Shown here: one piece after another, positions 8,890 through 19,098 of the stretch
Layout of the letters: each line of letters opens with the position of its first letter
Numbering within the stretch: the stretch's first letter is position 1
Assembly: GCF_000195755.1 (NCBI RefSeq)
Contig: NC_002937.3
Span: 900,001-932,000, forward strand
Reading direction: 5' to 3'
Origin: Nitratidesulfovibrio vulgaris str. Hildenborough
GTDB taxonomy: Bacteria > Desulfobacterota > Desulfovibrionia > Desulfovibrionales > Desulfovibrionaceae
Length of the DNA: 32,000 bases
The notes under the pieces: model-generated
Told to the model about the DNA's origin: nothing
The model's input: the letters and a program-made list of their open reading frames with translations, nothing else
The model's database searches: none
Made by a program: the position numbers and the translations under genes

Positions 8890-9507
8890 CTACTCTGCGG
8901 GCGGGCGCACTCCAAGGGGGTAGGCGTCGCGGTGGGGGGCCGTGGCCTTGCCCAGCCAGTCGATGACCTTGCCGAGATGATCCATGTTCGCCATGGCCTC
9001 GGCATCGGATTCAACCTCGCCCTTGTCTCGCCCATAGCCGAGATTCCAGTAGATGGAACCGGGCACCAGCATCTGTGACATGAGGAACATGTGGTTGATG
9101 GTGTCATAGACGTGGGTCGCGCCGCCGCGCCGGGCTACGACCACTGCTGCGCCAATCTTGCCGCGGAAGGCCGTTCCGTTGGCGATGGCGACAAGTCCCG
9201 AACGGTCGAGGACGGCCTTGAGTTCAGCGGTGACGTCGGTGAAGTAGGTCGGCGAACCGAGGATGAGCGCATCGGCACGCAACATCTTTTCCATGACGTC
9301 GTTGAACTTGTCCTTGGTCACCGCGCAGCGACCGTCCTTGTTCTCGAAACACTTGTAGCAGGCGATGCAGCCACGGATGTTGCGTCCGCCGACCTGCACG
9401 AGTTCAGTCTCCCAGCCTGCGGCGGCGAGTGGTTCGAGAGCCTTGTTGAGCATGATTTCGGTGTTGCCGCCCTTGCGCGGGCTGCCGTTGATAGCCAGTG
9501 CGTACAT
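8890..9507 (-). CDS. Iron-sulfur flavoprotein-like NADPH-dependent FMN reductase family protein
   Basis: 205 aa. It has the flavodoxin-like motif INGSPRKGGNT and a compact Cys cluster CIACYKCFENKDGRC (CX2CX2CX7C), as in Isf-type proteins. ATG at 9505-9507 has an AGGAG SD. The track start at 9879 is an upstream extension. Confidence 0.8.
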   Translation of the reverse strand: MYALAINGSPRKGGNTEIMLNKALEPLAAAGWETELVQVGGRNIRGCIACYKCFENKDGRCAVTKDKFNDVMEKMLRADALILGSPTYFTDVTAELKAVLDRSGLVAIANGTAFRGKIGAAVVVARRGGATHVYDTINHMFLMSQMLVPGSIYWNLGYGRDKGEVESDAEAMANMDHLGKVIDWLGKATAPHRDAYPLGVRPPAE

Positions 9508-9619
9508 GGTCGCTCCTTGCTGTGCTTGGCTTCGCAGGGCTTTCCCGGTGTCTGCCGGAAGTGACCCACGCCAAAGCCGGGTGTGCGATGCGTGGCGGAG
9601 ACGTGCCCGACACAGTGCC

Positions 9620-9647
9620 ATAGTAACGCTACCGTGCCGACAATCAA
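9620..9647 (-). promoter_or_regulatory. Candidate sigma70-type promoter for the Isf-like gene
   Basis: On the minus strand: TTGATT (plus 9642-9647), a 16-nt spacer, then TACTAT (plus 9620-9625), about 110 nt upstream of the ATG. By-eye hexamer match only. Confidence 0.25.
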
Positions 9648-9767
9648 GAACTGACAGAAAAGTGGGTCGGTACCCTTTTGGTGCCTGATGTCTGCCGATG
9701 GCCCCGCACTGCCTGCGGGAAAGGCTTGGGCACCGGGGCGGTCTGGCAGGGTGCATCTTCTGCGGGC

Positions 9768-9821
9768 ACACAAAAAGGGTCACGGTTTGCACCGTGACCC
9801 TTCGTGTTCTGGCGGAGAGGG
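9768..9821. repeat. Direct repeat copy A (att-like): orphan copy of the tRNA-Ser 3' end plus terminator hairpin
   Basis: 53/54 identical to 11292-11345; the only difference is t9780 versus c11304. Read on the minus strand it is CCCTCTCCGCCA + 11 nt + GGGTCACGG-UGCAAA-CCGUGACCC + UUUUUGUGU. Confidence 0.92.
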
Positions 9822-9910
9822 TTCTCGCTGGGGGGGACTCTGATTGCACACCCTTCAATTGATTCTGCTCAAGTATCATTTATACCAAAGGCTGAACTAC
9901 TTGGTCTGGG

Positions 9911-10510
9911 CTACCACTCTTGAACGGGGGAAACGATAGGCGTGTTCTGCACGGAATAGTCACATGACGAGATGATGGTGCTGTCATCGCTACGGACTAT
10001 GCGCGAAGATATGTAGATTTTTTCATGTACAGTGCTGTGTCTAGCAGCACTTGATCTCACGGATGCATATGTTCCAACTACGACGGCTGCTGCATTATGC
10101 ATTCTGCTGATTTCCTTGACGTCGCGGCTGAGCATGAACTCGCCTTTGCCCTCCTGCATAAAAATAGAGCTTTGGCGTAGCTTCAACTCAACAATTTTGT
10201 AGCCGCGTTGAGAAAGGCGTGACCCTACATGTTCGGCAATCATTCTTCCAAATGATGAGGATTCAGATAGATTGTTAACATTCACAAAGCTTGCAACGAT
10301 GATAGGCTGGTCCTTGGAAAGAGGGAGCCGCAGATTGGCATCAAGGTCATTGGCGATGGCGTAACCGGCTTCCACATAGTCGCTGCCAAGTTCGTAAGGA
10401 TTCTTTGCCTGCTGTTGTGTTTGTGGTGCACATGCTGTGCTGCATACAATAAAAGAGAGAGAAGTGACGAGTGCTAGCATTCGCAGAGGACGGGAAAAGG
10501 ATGTTTTCAT
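9911..10510 (-). CDS. Islet lipoprotein/secreted protein, FlgO-like (TolB-N/LpoB-like fold suspected)
   Basis: 199 aa. Signal peptide MKTSFSRPLRMLALVTSLSFIVCSTAC. The core IIVASFVNVNNLSESSSFGRMIAEHVGSRLSQRGYKIVELKLR...GEFMLSRD...AAAVVVGTY...IYISSRIV matches my recollection of the FlgO-family pattern. ATG at 10508-10510 has a GGGAGA SD that begins 1 nt after the upstream stop codon. Confidence 0.7.
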   Translation of the reverse strand: MKTSFSRPLRMLALVTSLSFIVCSTACAPQTQQQAKNPYELGSDYVEAGYAIANDLDANLRLPLSKDQPIIVASFVNVNNLSESSSFGRMIAEHVGSRLSQRGYKIVELKLRQSSIFMQEGKGEFMLSRDVKEISRMHNAAAVVVGTYASVRSSAARHSTVHEKIYISSRIVRSDDSTIISSCDYSVQNTPIVSPVQEW

Positions 10511-10521
10511 GGATTTCTCCC

Positions 10522-11211
10522 TTAATTGCTGACAACACGTAGTTCTTTGCTCGGAAGAATGACAGGGGCTTCCCATGGAACCTTACGTTCCCAGTACTGG
10601 TTCTTGTCGGCCCTGTTAATGTAGTACACAGCAATGAAATTGCGCTGAAGCAAACCATTGCTCTTGGCTACAATGCCAATGATGAGTTCAGTGTCTGTTG
10701 TCGACATGGTATCCCATTGAGATCCAGCATGGACACCTTCGACTGCTAAACCACTTAGTATCAATATAGTGTCAAGGCTGTCGTGCCATGTCGCATCGTT
10801 ATGTGTGTAGTAATGTACTCCTGCAAGACCAAGGCCTGCAAGAAGTAGGCTTGTTCCCGGGAACGGAGCATTGTGAGGGCGTGGACCTTGGTGTTCGACA
10901 ATCTGCGTTCCCCAAGTAACCTCCATGGCGTTTTCCGGTGTCGGGCTAATTGGGTAGCCGCGCAGTAGGGCTTCATGGCGAACGAATTGCGAGAACGCAG
11001 TTCCAAAAGTGGATTTGTCATCCTGTGCCACATAAACAAGGGTTCCAGCAGTGAGTTTCAAGCCATCTACCACTGTAGCTGCAAGCTCGCGCCAATGTTC
11101 GGCTGCTTCGAGTCGTTGCTGACTTGAAAACGTATGGCTAACGGGTTTGGGAACCCGAGAACATCCGAAAATGCACAAGGAGAGAAATAGTAATGCAGCT
11201 ATTCTCAGCAT
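10522..11211 (-). CDS. Islet lipoprotein of unknown function
   Basis: 229 aa. Lipoprotein signal MLRIAALLFLSLCIFGC (lipobox IFGC). It has two hydrophobic segments with an internal repeat, AGLGLAGVHYY and SGLAVEGVHAG. ATG at 11209-11211 has a GGAGG SD. Confidence 0.7.
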   Translation of the reverse strand: MLRIAALLFLSLCIFGCSRVPKPVSHTFSSQQRLEAAEHWRELAATVVDGLKLTAGTLVYVAQDDKSTFGTAFSQFVRHEALLRGYPISPTPENAMEVTWGTQIVEHQGPRPHNAPFPGTSLLLAGLGLAGVHYYTHNDATWHDSLDTILILSGLAVEGVHAGSQWDTMSTTDTELIIGIVAKSNGLLQRNFIAVYYINRADKNQYWERKVPWEAPVILPSKELRVVSN

Positions 11212-11291
11212 GATAGCCTCCTCTATTTTTTTGTCCGAATATCAAATCTCGCTACAAAGTATATTATTATTTCGTGAATATTGCTCGAAAA

Positions 11292-11324
11292 ACACAAAAA
11301 GGGCCACGGTTTGCACCGTGACCC
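11292..11324 (-). terminator. Rho-independent terminator of tRNA-Ser
   Basis: Minus-strand RNA GGGUCACGG-UGCAAA-CCGUGGCCC (9 bp including one U-G pair, plus 11301-11324) is followed by UUUUUGUGUUUUU. Confidence 0.75.
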
Positions 11325-11345
11325 TTCGTGTTCTGGCGGAGAGGG
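11292..11345. repeat. Direct repeat copy B (att-like): 3' 12 nt of the functional tRNA-Ser plus its terminator
   Basis: 53/54 identical to 9768-9821. Positions 11334-11345 are the last 12 nt of the tRNA. Confidence 0.92.
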
Positions 11346-11428
11346 AGGGATTCGAACCCTCGATAGAGGTTTATGCCCCTATACCCGCTTAGCAGGCGAG
11401 CTCCTTCGGCCGACTCGGACACCTCTCC
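11334..11428 (-). tRNA. tRNA-Ser (anticodon GCU), encoded CCA
   Basis: 95 nt: GGAGAGGTGTCCGAGTCGGCCGAAGGAGCTCGCCTGCTAAGCGGGTATAGGGGCATAAACCTCTATCGAGGGTTCGAATCCCTCCCTCTCCGCCA. The acceptor stem is GGAGAGG/CCTCTCC. The anticodon stem CTCGC/GCGGG carries loop CTGCTAA. There is a long variable arm and a T arm GAGGG-TTCGAAT-CCCTC. Confidence 0.93.
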
Positions 11429-11468
11429 AGAATGCATGTTGCGAACGTGCCGCACATGCGAGATTGGC

Positions 11469-11497
11469 TTCCTACCTGATGCCGTGCCGGGTGTCAA
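11469..11497 (-). promoter_or_regulatory. Candidate promoter for tRNA-Ser
   Basis: On the minus strand: TTGACA (plus 11492-11497), a 17-nt spacer, then TAGGAA (plus 11469-11474), about 40 nt upstream of the tRNA 5' end. The -10 element is weak. Confidence 0.3.
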
Positions 11498-11584
11498 CAC
11501 ACTATGCCATAAAGTGTGAAGACGGCGTGTTAGCCTAGGCGGGCTTCGGCGGTTCGCCTCCGACAGCGTGCAGAAGCGTGACTG

Positions 11585-12766
11585 CTACGAACGGTAGTCG
11601 GCGTTGCAGTTCACGTAGTCGTGCGTCAGGTCGGAGGCGAGAAGTTCGTAGTGCCCCGTCCCTGCGCCGAGTTCGATGTCTACGGTGACGTCGCGTCCCT
11701 TGAGTGGTTCGCGCAGCAGCGTGTCGAAGTCGAGGTCGGTGGGTTGTCCGTTGCGGAAGAGTTCAACACCGCACAGGGTCACCACCACGTCTTCAGCCTT
11801 GAAGGAGGCGCCGGAACGACCTACGGCGGCCACGATGCGGCCCCAGTTGGCATCGCGCCCGTACATGGCCGTCTTGACCAGTTGCGAATGACCGACCGTG
11901 CGCGCCACAGCTTCGGCCTCTGCGTCGTCGACCGCGCCGGAGACCTTCACGCGCATGACCTTGGTGGCACCTTCACCATCCTGCACCAGCATGTAGGCGA
12001 GTCGGGCGAGAACGTCGGTCAGCGCCTCGCCGAGTTTGGCAAGGTCTTCGCCTTCGACGGTGACTCCGCTGGCACCGTTGGCAAGGCCGAAGACCGTGTC
12101 GTTGGTGCTGGTGTCGCCGTCGACGGTGACACGGTTGAAGGTACGGTCCACCGCGTCGAGGAACAGCCTCTGCCATGCTTCCGGGGTGACGGCGGCGTCA
12201 CACAGCACGACAGAGAGCATGGTCGCCATGTTGGGGCATATCATGCCCGCCCCCTTGGCCATGCCCACGAGACGCACCGTGGTACCGGCGATGGCAAGTT
12301 CGCGTTCGGCGACCTTGGGGAAGGCGTCGGTGGTCATGATGGCACGGGCGAAGTCGTGGTGGGTGTTCTGCCCGAGGGCGGCTGCAAGACGCGGCGCGGC
12401 CTCGCGCCACTTGTCCATGTGCAGCTGCGCACCGATGACGCCCGTTGATGCCGGAAGCACTTCTGCGGCGGGGATGCCACATGCCTTGCCCACGAGGTCG
12501 AGGGTGGTGCGGCAGTTGGTCATGCCCTCGTCGCCGGTGCAGGCGTTGGCCTGACCGGAGTTGATGACAACGGCGCGCGCGACGGGGCGTGCGGAGAGAT
12601 TCTCACGCGCCACGACCACTGGGGCTGCCTGAAACCGATTGGTGGTGAAGACGCCTGCCGCCGTGGCGGGCGTGTCGCTGACGATGAGGGCGAGGTCGGG
12701 GCGGGCTTCCTTGCGAAAGCCTGCGGATACCGTGGCGAAGCGGAAACCCTTGGGTGATGCGGACAT
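11585..12766 (-). CDS. argJ: Bifunctional ornithine acetyltransferase / N-acetylglutamate synthase ArgJ
   Basis: 393 aa. The N-terminus is PKGFRFATVSAGFRK. The autoprocessing region ATMLSVV is present. The C-terminus NADYRS is typical of ArgJ. ATG at 12764-12766. Confidence 0.92.
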   Translation of the reverse strand: MSASPKGFRFATVSAGFRKEARPDLALIVSDTPATAAGVFTTNRFQAAPVVVARENLSARPVARAVVINSGQANACTGDEGMTNCRTTLDLVGKACGIPAAEVLPASTGVIGAQLHMDKWREAAPRLAAALGQNTHHDFARAIMTTDAFPKVAERELAIAGTTVRLVGMAKGAGMICPNMATMLSVVLCDAAVTPEAWQRLFLDAVDRTFNRVTVDGDTSTNDTVFGLANGASGVTVEGEDLAKLGEALTDVLARLAYMLVQDGEGATKVMRVKVSGAVDDAEAEAVARTVGHSQLVKTAMYGRDANWGRIVAAVGRSGASFKAEDVVVTLCGVELFRNGQPTDLDFDTLLREPLKGRDVTVDIELGAGTGHYELLASDLTHDYVNCNADYRS

Positions 12767-13044
12767 GGTGCCCTCGTTCAGGCGCGTTGAGGATATGGGG
12801 CTGGCGGCGGCACGCGCCGCCCGGTTTCTCTGCCGTACTCCATGGAAGAGACAGCCGGAGACGTGGACAATGCCGTGTCCGGCATCGCGTACAAGGAAAG
12901 GGCGGCACGGTGTCCCGCGCCGCCCTCTTCATGGCGTACTGTATGGTTCCGGCTGGTCTTCATCGCGGGGCGTCTGATGAGTAGCCCGCGAACGACCTCT
13001 CGTCAATTTTGCATATGTGCCTTGTGGCTTCAAGCCTCATCAGG

Positions 13045-15546
<2,502 letters not shown>

Positions 15547-15708
15547 GTATTCTCCCGGAGAGTGGCAGTATGGCGCGCCAGAGGGCGCGGAGGGCACGCT
15601 GGGTGCCGAACCCGTCTGAAATAAGTCATCTCACACGGGTTGGCAATGCGGACACACGCATCCCGTTGAGAGAAGGTGAGAATCGAAGGTTTGGCCCGTT
15701 CAGGCACC

Positions 15709-17031
15709 TCACTCGGGGCACGCGTCGGGCGATACCGCTGCCGGTACGGGGTCGATGATGTCCAGCCAGTGGTGCACCGTGGCATCTGCGGGGGCGGTCG
15801 CCGTGAGTTGCAGCGTACAGCCGCTGCACCCGGTCAGGATGTTGTGACGCCGTGAAGTGTGGTCATCCGTCGCTGGTCCGGCTAAGCCCGGCACATCTGG
15901 TGACTGTCCGTCTGGGGCGTTGCCGGATGTCGCGGAGTGGGTGTCTGGCGCGGGCGACGCGGCAGCCTCCGACGGAAGCAGGTGGTGCCAGCAGTCTGAG
16001 GCCACCTCTTGCGACAGGGGGGCATCGGCCAGTTGCAGTACGCCGCCCATGCCGCAGCAGACCGGGCCGCCGGGAGTGGTGACCCTGCCGGGCATGGCGT
16101 CGCGCAGCCATGCGAGGTCGGGGTCTTTGCCGTACCAGTGGCAGGGCTGGTGGTAGCGGATGGCTGCGGGGGCGGCTTCGAGTGTCTCGAAGGTCGTCGC
16201 CCCCCAGAGGGTGGACAGGGGGCGCAACGACTCGCGCCATGCCTCGCGTTCGCCGTCGGCCCAGCCGAGGGTGTCGTCATCGACGTAGGCTGCGAGTCCG
16301 TGGTGGCATGTGGCGCAGAAGGTCGCCAGCACGGGACGTCCTGCCGCACGCCATACCGCAAGGTTGACGGCGCGCGCGGACGACGCCGCGTCGGGGATGC
16401 CCGCATGGTCGAGGGTACTGCCGCAACAGGTGAATCCGCGGCCTTCGGCGATGGAGTATCCAAGCCGTCGCAGCAGCGCCTTGGCCGTATGCAACCAGCG
16501 GGGGCGTATGCGGCGTGCCGTGCACCCGGCGAAGAGCAGCACGACCTGTCCCTTTCCGGCTTCCTTGTCGTAGTGCGAGACGCGCAACCATGGCGCGGGG
16601 CGATTGCCAGCAAGCATGGACGCCGCCGAACGCAACATGGGGCGCAGGGCTTCGGGGGCGACGACCTGCGGGACGAGTCGGCTTGCCTGTGCGAGGGCGG
16701 GCCAGAGAAGTCGTCCCTGTTCAATCCAGCGTCGCCATACCCACTGATGCCACAGCGGGTGTCCGCTACGGAGACGTGCAAGCGCGTCGGGCACTGACAG
16801 GTGATGCGGACAGGCCACTGCGCAACGCCCGCATGAGAGGCAGCGGTCGGCAAGGACACGGACGGGGGCTTCGGCGAGGGCCTCGGGACGTTCCCTGAAA
16901 TGGCGCAGAAGGTGCTGCTTGGCCTTGGGGCTGAGTTCTTCACGCCCCGTGGCGAGAAAGACGGGACACACGGCGAGGCATTGCCCGCAGAGAAGGCACT
17001 GCTTGTCATCTTGCGAAGGCGTGGACGTCAT
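15709..17031 (-). CDS. Fe-S oxidoreductase subunit, GlcF/LldE-like (two 4Fe-4S ferredoxin motifs plus CCG cysteine-rich domains)
   Basis: 440 aa. It has CLLCGQCLAVCP and CLSCGRCAVACP motifs, and CCG-type motifs GFTCCGS and PVCCGMGG. ATG at 17029-17031 has an AGGAG SD, and homology starts there. Confidence 0.8.
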   Translation of the reverse strand: MTSTPSQDDKQCLLCGQCLAVCPVFLATGREELSPKAKQHLLRHFRERPEALAEAPVRVLADRCLSCGRCAVACPHHLSVPDALARLRSGHPLWHQWVWRRWIEQGRLLWPALAQASRLVPQVVAPEALRPMLRSAASMLAGNRPAPWLRVSHYDKEAGKGQVVLLFAGCTARRIRPRWLHTAKALLRRLGYSIAEGRGFTCCGSTLDHAGIPDAASSARAVNLAVWRAAGRPVLATFCATCHHGLAAYVDDDTLGWADGEREAWRESLRPLSTLWGATTFETLEAAPAAIRYHQPCHWYGKDPDLAWLRDAMPGRVTTPGGPVCCGMGGVLQLADAPLSQEVASDCWHHLLPSEAAASPAPDTHSATSGNAPDGQSPDVPGLAGPATDDHTSRRHNILTGCSGCTLQLTATAPADATVHHWLDIIDPVPAAVSPDACPE

Positions 17032-17077
17032 GAGGCTAACTCCTGAAGGGGCCGCCTGCCCCATCAAGGGCAGGAAA

Positions 17078-17104
17078 GGCAGCGGCGGCAGCGGCGGCAG
17101 CGGG
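17078..17104. repeat. 9-bp microsatellite (GGCAGCGGC)x3 in the glcD-like/glcF-like spacer
   Basis: Units at 17078-17086, 17087-17095 and 17096-17104; the last has 1 mismatch. Non-coding by my start calls. Confidence 0.85.
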
Positions 17105-17178
17105 GGACGACGGAGGGGACACAGGCGTGGCGGCGGGTCGTGGCGGGCACGCGGAATGTGCGGCGGCGTCCACCGGCT

Positions 17179-18594
17179 TCAGTACGCCTTGCCGGGGTTC
17201 ATGATGCCGTGCGGGTCGAAGGCGGCCTTGACCTGTGCCATGAGTCCGCGTTCCAGCTTTGAAAGCTGACGGTGCACATAGGGGGCCTTGGTCAGGCCCA
17301 CACCGTGTTCACCCGAAAGCGTACCTCCCAGTGAAAGGATGAGGTCGGTGACTTCGCCCTTGGCGGCGAGGGCGTGTTCGCGTTCTTCCGTCACCGAGGC
17401 ATCGTGCATGATGTTCACGTGGATGTTGCCGTCGCCCACATGCCCGAAGGTGAGAATGGTGAGGCTGCGTGCCTCGGCGATGGCACGGATGCCCTCAAGG
17501 GCCTCGCGCAGCCTCCCGCGCGGCACGGTCACGTCGTCGCTCATCTTGTCGGGCTTGACGAGGAACGAGGCGGGATTGATGGAACGGCGGATGGTCCAGA
17601 GAGGTTCTTCCTCGTCGCGTCCCACGCCCACGGCCGACCACACCGGGGCGGCATCGCGCACGGCGGCTGCCAGCCTGTCCACCTCCAGCGGCAGTGCGGC
17701 ACGGCTGCCGTCAAGCCTGAACAGGAGTGCTGCGCGCACCGTCTTCGGCCATGGCACATCGTTGAGAAGGGCTGCACAGTCCAGCACTTCAGGCCCCATG
17801 AATTCCAGTGCCACGGGAAGGATGCCCGCCGCGAAGACGTTGCGCACGGCGTCCATGGCCGCGCCGAGGTCGGAGAATCCGGCCAGCAGCGAAGCCGTGG
17901 CCTCGGGCAGGGGCAGCAGCTTGAGCGTCACTTCCGTGAGGCAGCCCAGCGTACCCTCCGACCCGACCAGCAGGCGCACGAGGTCGAGGCCGACGACGTT
18001 CTTGTGGCAACGGCTGCCCGTCGCCAGCACCTCGCCACCGGGCAGGACGGCACGCAGTCCCAGAACGTAGTCGCGGGTGACGCCGTAGCGCACGGCGCGC
18101 ATCCCGCCCGCGCAGGTGGCCACATTGCCGCCGATGGATGAGATGTTCTGGCTTGCCGGGTCGGGCGGGTAGAAGAGACCGCGCGCTTCGACGGCGCGTT
18201 GCAGGTCGGCGGTGATCACACCCGGTTGCACCACGGCGACGAAGTCGTGCTCGTCGATGTCGATGATGCGCGCCATGCGCAGGGTGGACAGCACGATGCC
18301 GGGACGTTGGGGCACACAGCCGCCCACCACGTTGGTGGCACGGGCGCGCGGATAGACGGGCAGGCGTTCTGCGTCGGCCCATCGCAGCAACTCGACGACC
18401 TGCGCTTCCGTGGTGGGACGCACCACGGCGAGAGGCGTGCCGCACTTGCGGCTGGCGTCTGTGCCGAAGACGAGGGTCTCTTCGGCGGAGAACAGCCTGT
18501 CGCCTTCGGGCAGCAATCCTTCGAGAAAGCGCCGCTGTGCGGCGGAGAGGCCGTGTACGGCCTCCTCCGCAGTGACATTCGCAGTGTGGGACAT
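17179..18594 (-). CDS. FAD-linked oxidase, GlcD / D-lactate dehydrogenase-like subunit
   Basis: 471 aa. It has an FAD-binding PCMH-type region (PLAVVRPTTEAQVVELLRWA...PRARATNVVGG) and a C-terminal oxidase domain (SGEHGVGLTK, FDPHGIMNPGK). Confidence 0.88.
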   Translation of the reverse strand: MSHTANVTAEEAVHGLSAAQRRFLEGLLPEGDRLFSAEETLVFGTDASRKCGTPLAVVRPTTEAQVVELLRWADAERLPVYPRARATNVVGGCVPQRPGIVLSTLRMARIIDIDEHDFVAVVQPGVITADLQRAVEARGLFYPPDPASQNISSIGGNVATCAGGMRAVRYGVTRDYVLGLRAVLPGGEVLATGSRCHKNVVGLDLVRLLVGSEGTLGCLTEVTLKLLPLPEATASLLAGFSDLGAAMDAVRNVFAAGILPVALEFMGPEVLDCAALLNDVPWPKTVRAALLFRLDGSRAALPLEVDRLAAAVRDAAPVWSAVGVGRDEEEPLWTIRRSINPASFLVKPDKMSDDVTVPRGRLREALEGIRAIAEARSLTILTFGHVGDGNIHVNIMHDASVTEEREHALAAKGEVTDLILSLGGTLSGEHGVGLTKAPYVHRQLSKLERGLMAQVKAAFDPHGIMNPGKAY

Positions 18595-18622
18595 GGCAGC
18601 TACCGTGACCTGTGCCGAAGGG

Positions 18623-19087
18623 CTAGAAGCGGGCGAGTTCGCGCTGTGTGTCGCGGTCTTCGGCGCGTCTCTTCAGGTCTTCGCGCTGGTCGTGCAGCTT
18701 CTTGCCCCGACCGACGGCGATGTCCACCTTCACCTTGCCCCGTGCGAAATAGAGCTTGGTGGGCACCACCGTGTAGCCCTTCTGTTCCACGGACCGGGCG
18801 AGATTTTCGATTTCGTGGGCGTGCAGCAGCAGCTTCCTGTCACGGTCGGGGTCGTGCTGGGCGTACCCGGCGTTGTCGTAGGGGGCGATGTGCAGACCCA
18901 CGAGAAACGCCTCGCCGTTGCGGAAGTCGACATAGCTGTCGCGGAAGTTGACGTGCCCGGCGCGCAGGCTCTTCACCTCCGAGCCCGTGAGCGAGATGCC
19001 TGCTTCGTGGTTGTCGGAGAGTTCGTAGATATGGCGCGCCTTCTTGTTCTGGGCGATGACGTTGGCGCCGGGTGCTTTCTTGCTCAT
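18623..19087 (-). CDS. smpB: SsrA-binding protein SmpB
   Basis: 154 aa. The sequence [13 protein letters not shown]...[13 protein letters not shown]...[26 protein letters not shown] is the typical SmpB pattern. Confidence 0.93.
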   Translation of the reverse strand: MSKKAPGANVIAQNKKARHIYELSDNHEAGISLTGSEVKSLRAGHVNFRDSYVDFRNGEAFLVGLHIAPYDNAGYAQHDPDRDRKLLLHAHEIENLARSVEQKGYTVVPTKLYFARGKVKVDIAVGRGKKLHDQREDLKRRAEDRDTQRELARF

Positions 19088-19098
19088 CGTATGGGTAC

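Larger units (their letters stand above)
9768..11345 (-). mobile_element. tRNA-Ser-associated low-GC genomic islet (two lipoprotein genes, no integrase)
   Basis: It is bracketed by the 54-bp direct repeats. Spot counts of 60-nt lines inside give 43-48 % GC, against roughly 65 % in the flanks. It has its own AT-rich upstream region and strong SDs. Confidence 0.6.

Noticed and set aside
15593-15608. Sigma54-like GG-N10-GC element (minus strand CGGCACCCAGCGTGCC) upstream of secA.
   Set aside because: The -12 region is GTGC rather than TTGC. GG-N10-GC occurs frequently by chance at this GC content, and secA is not an expected sigma54 target.
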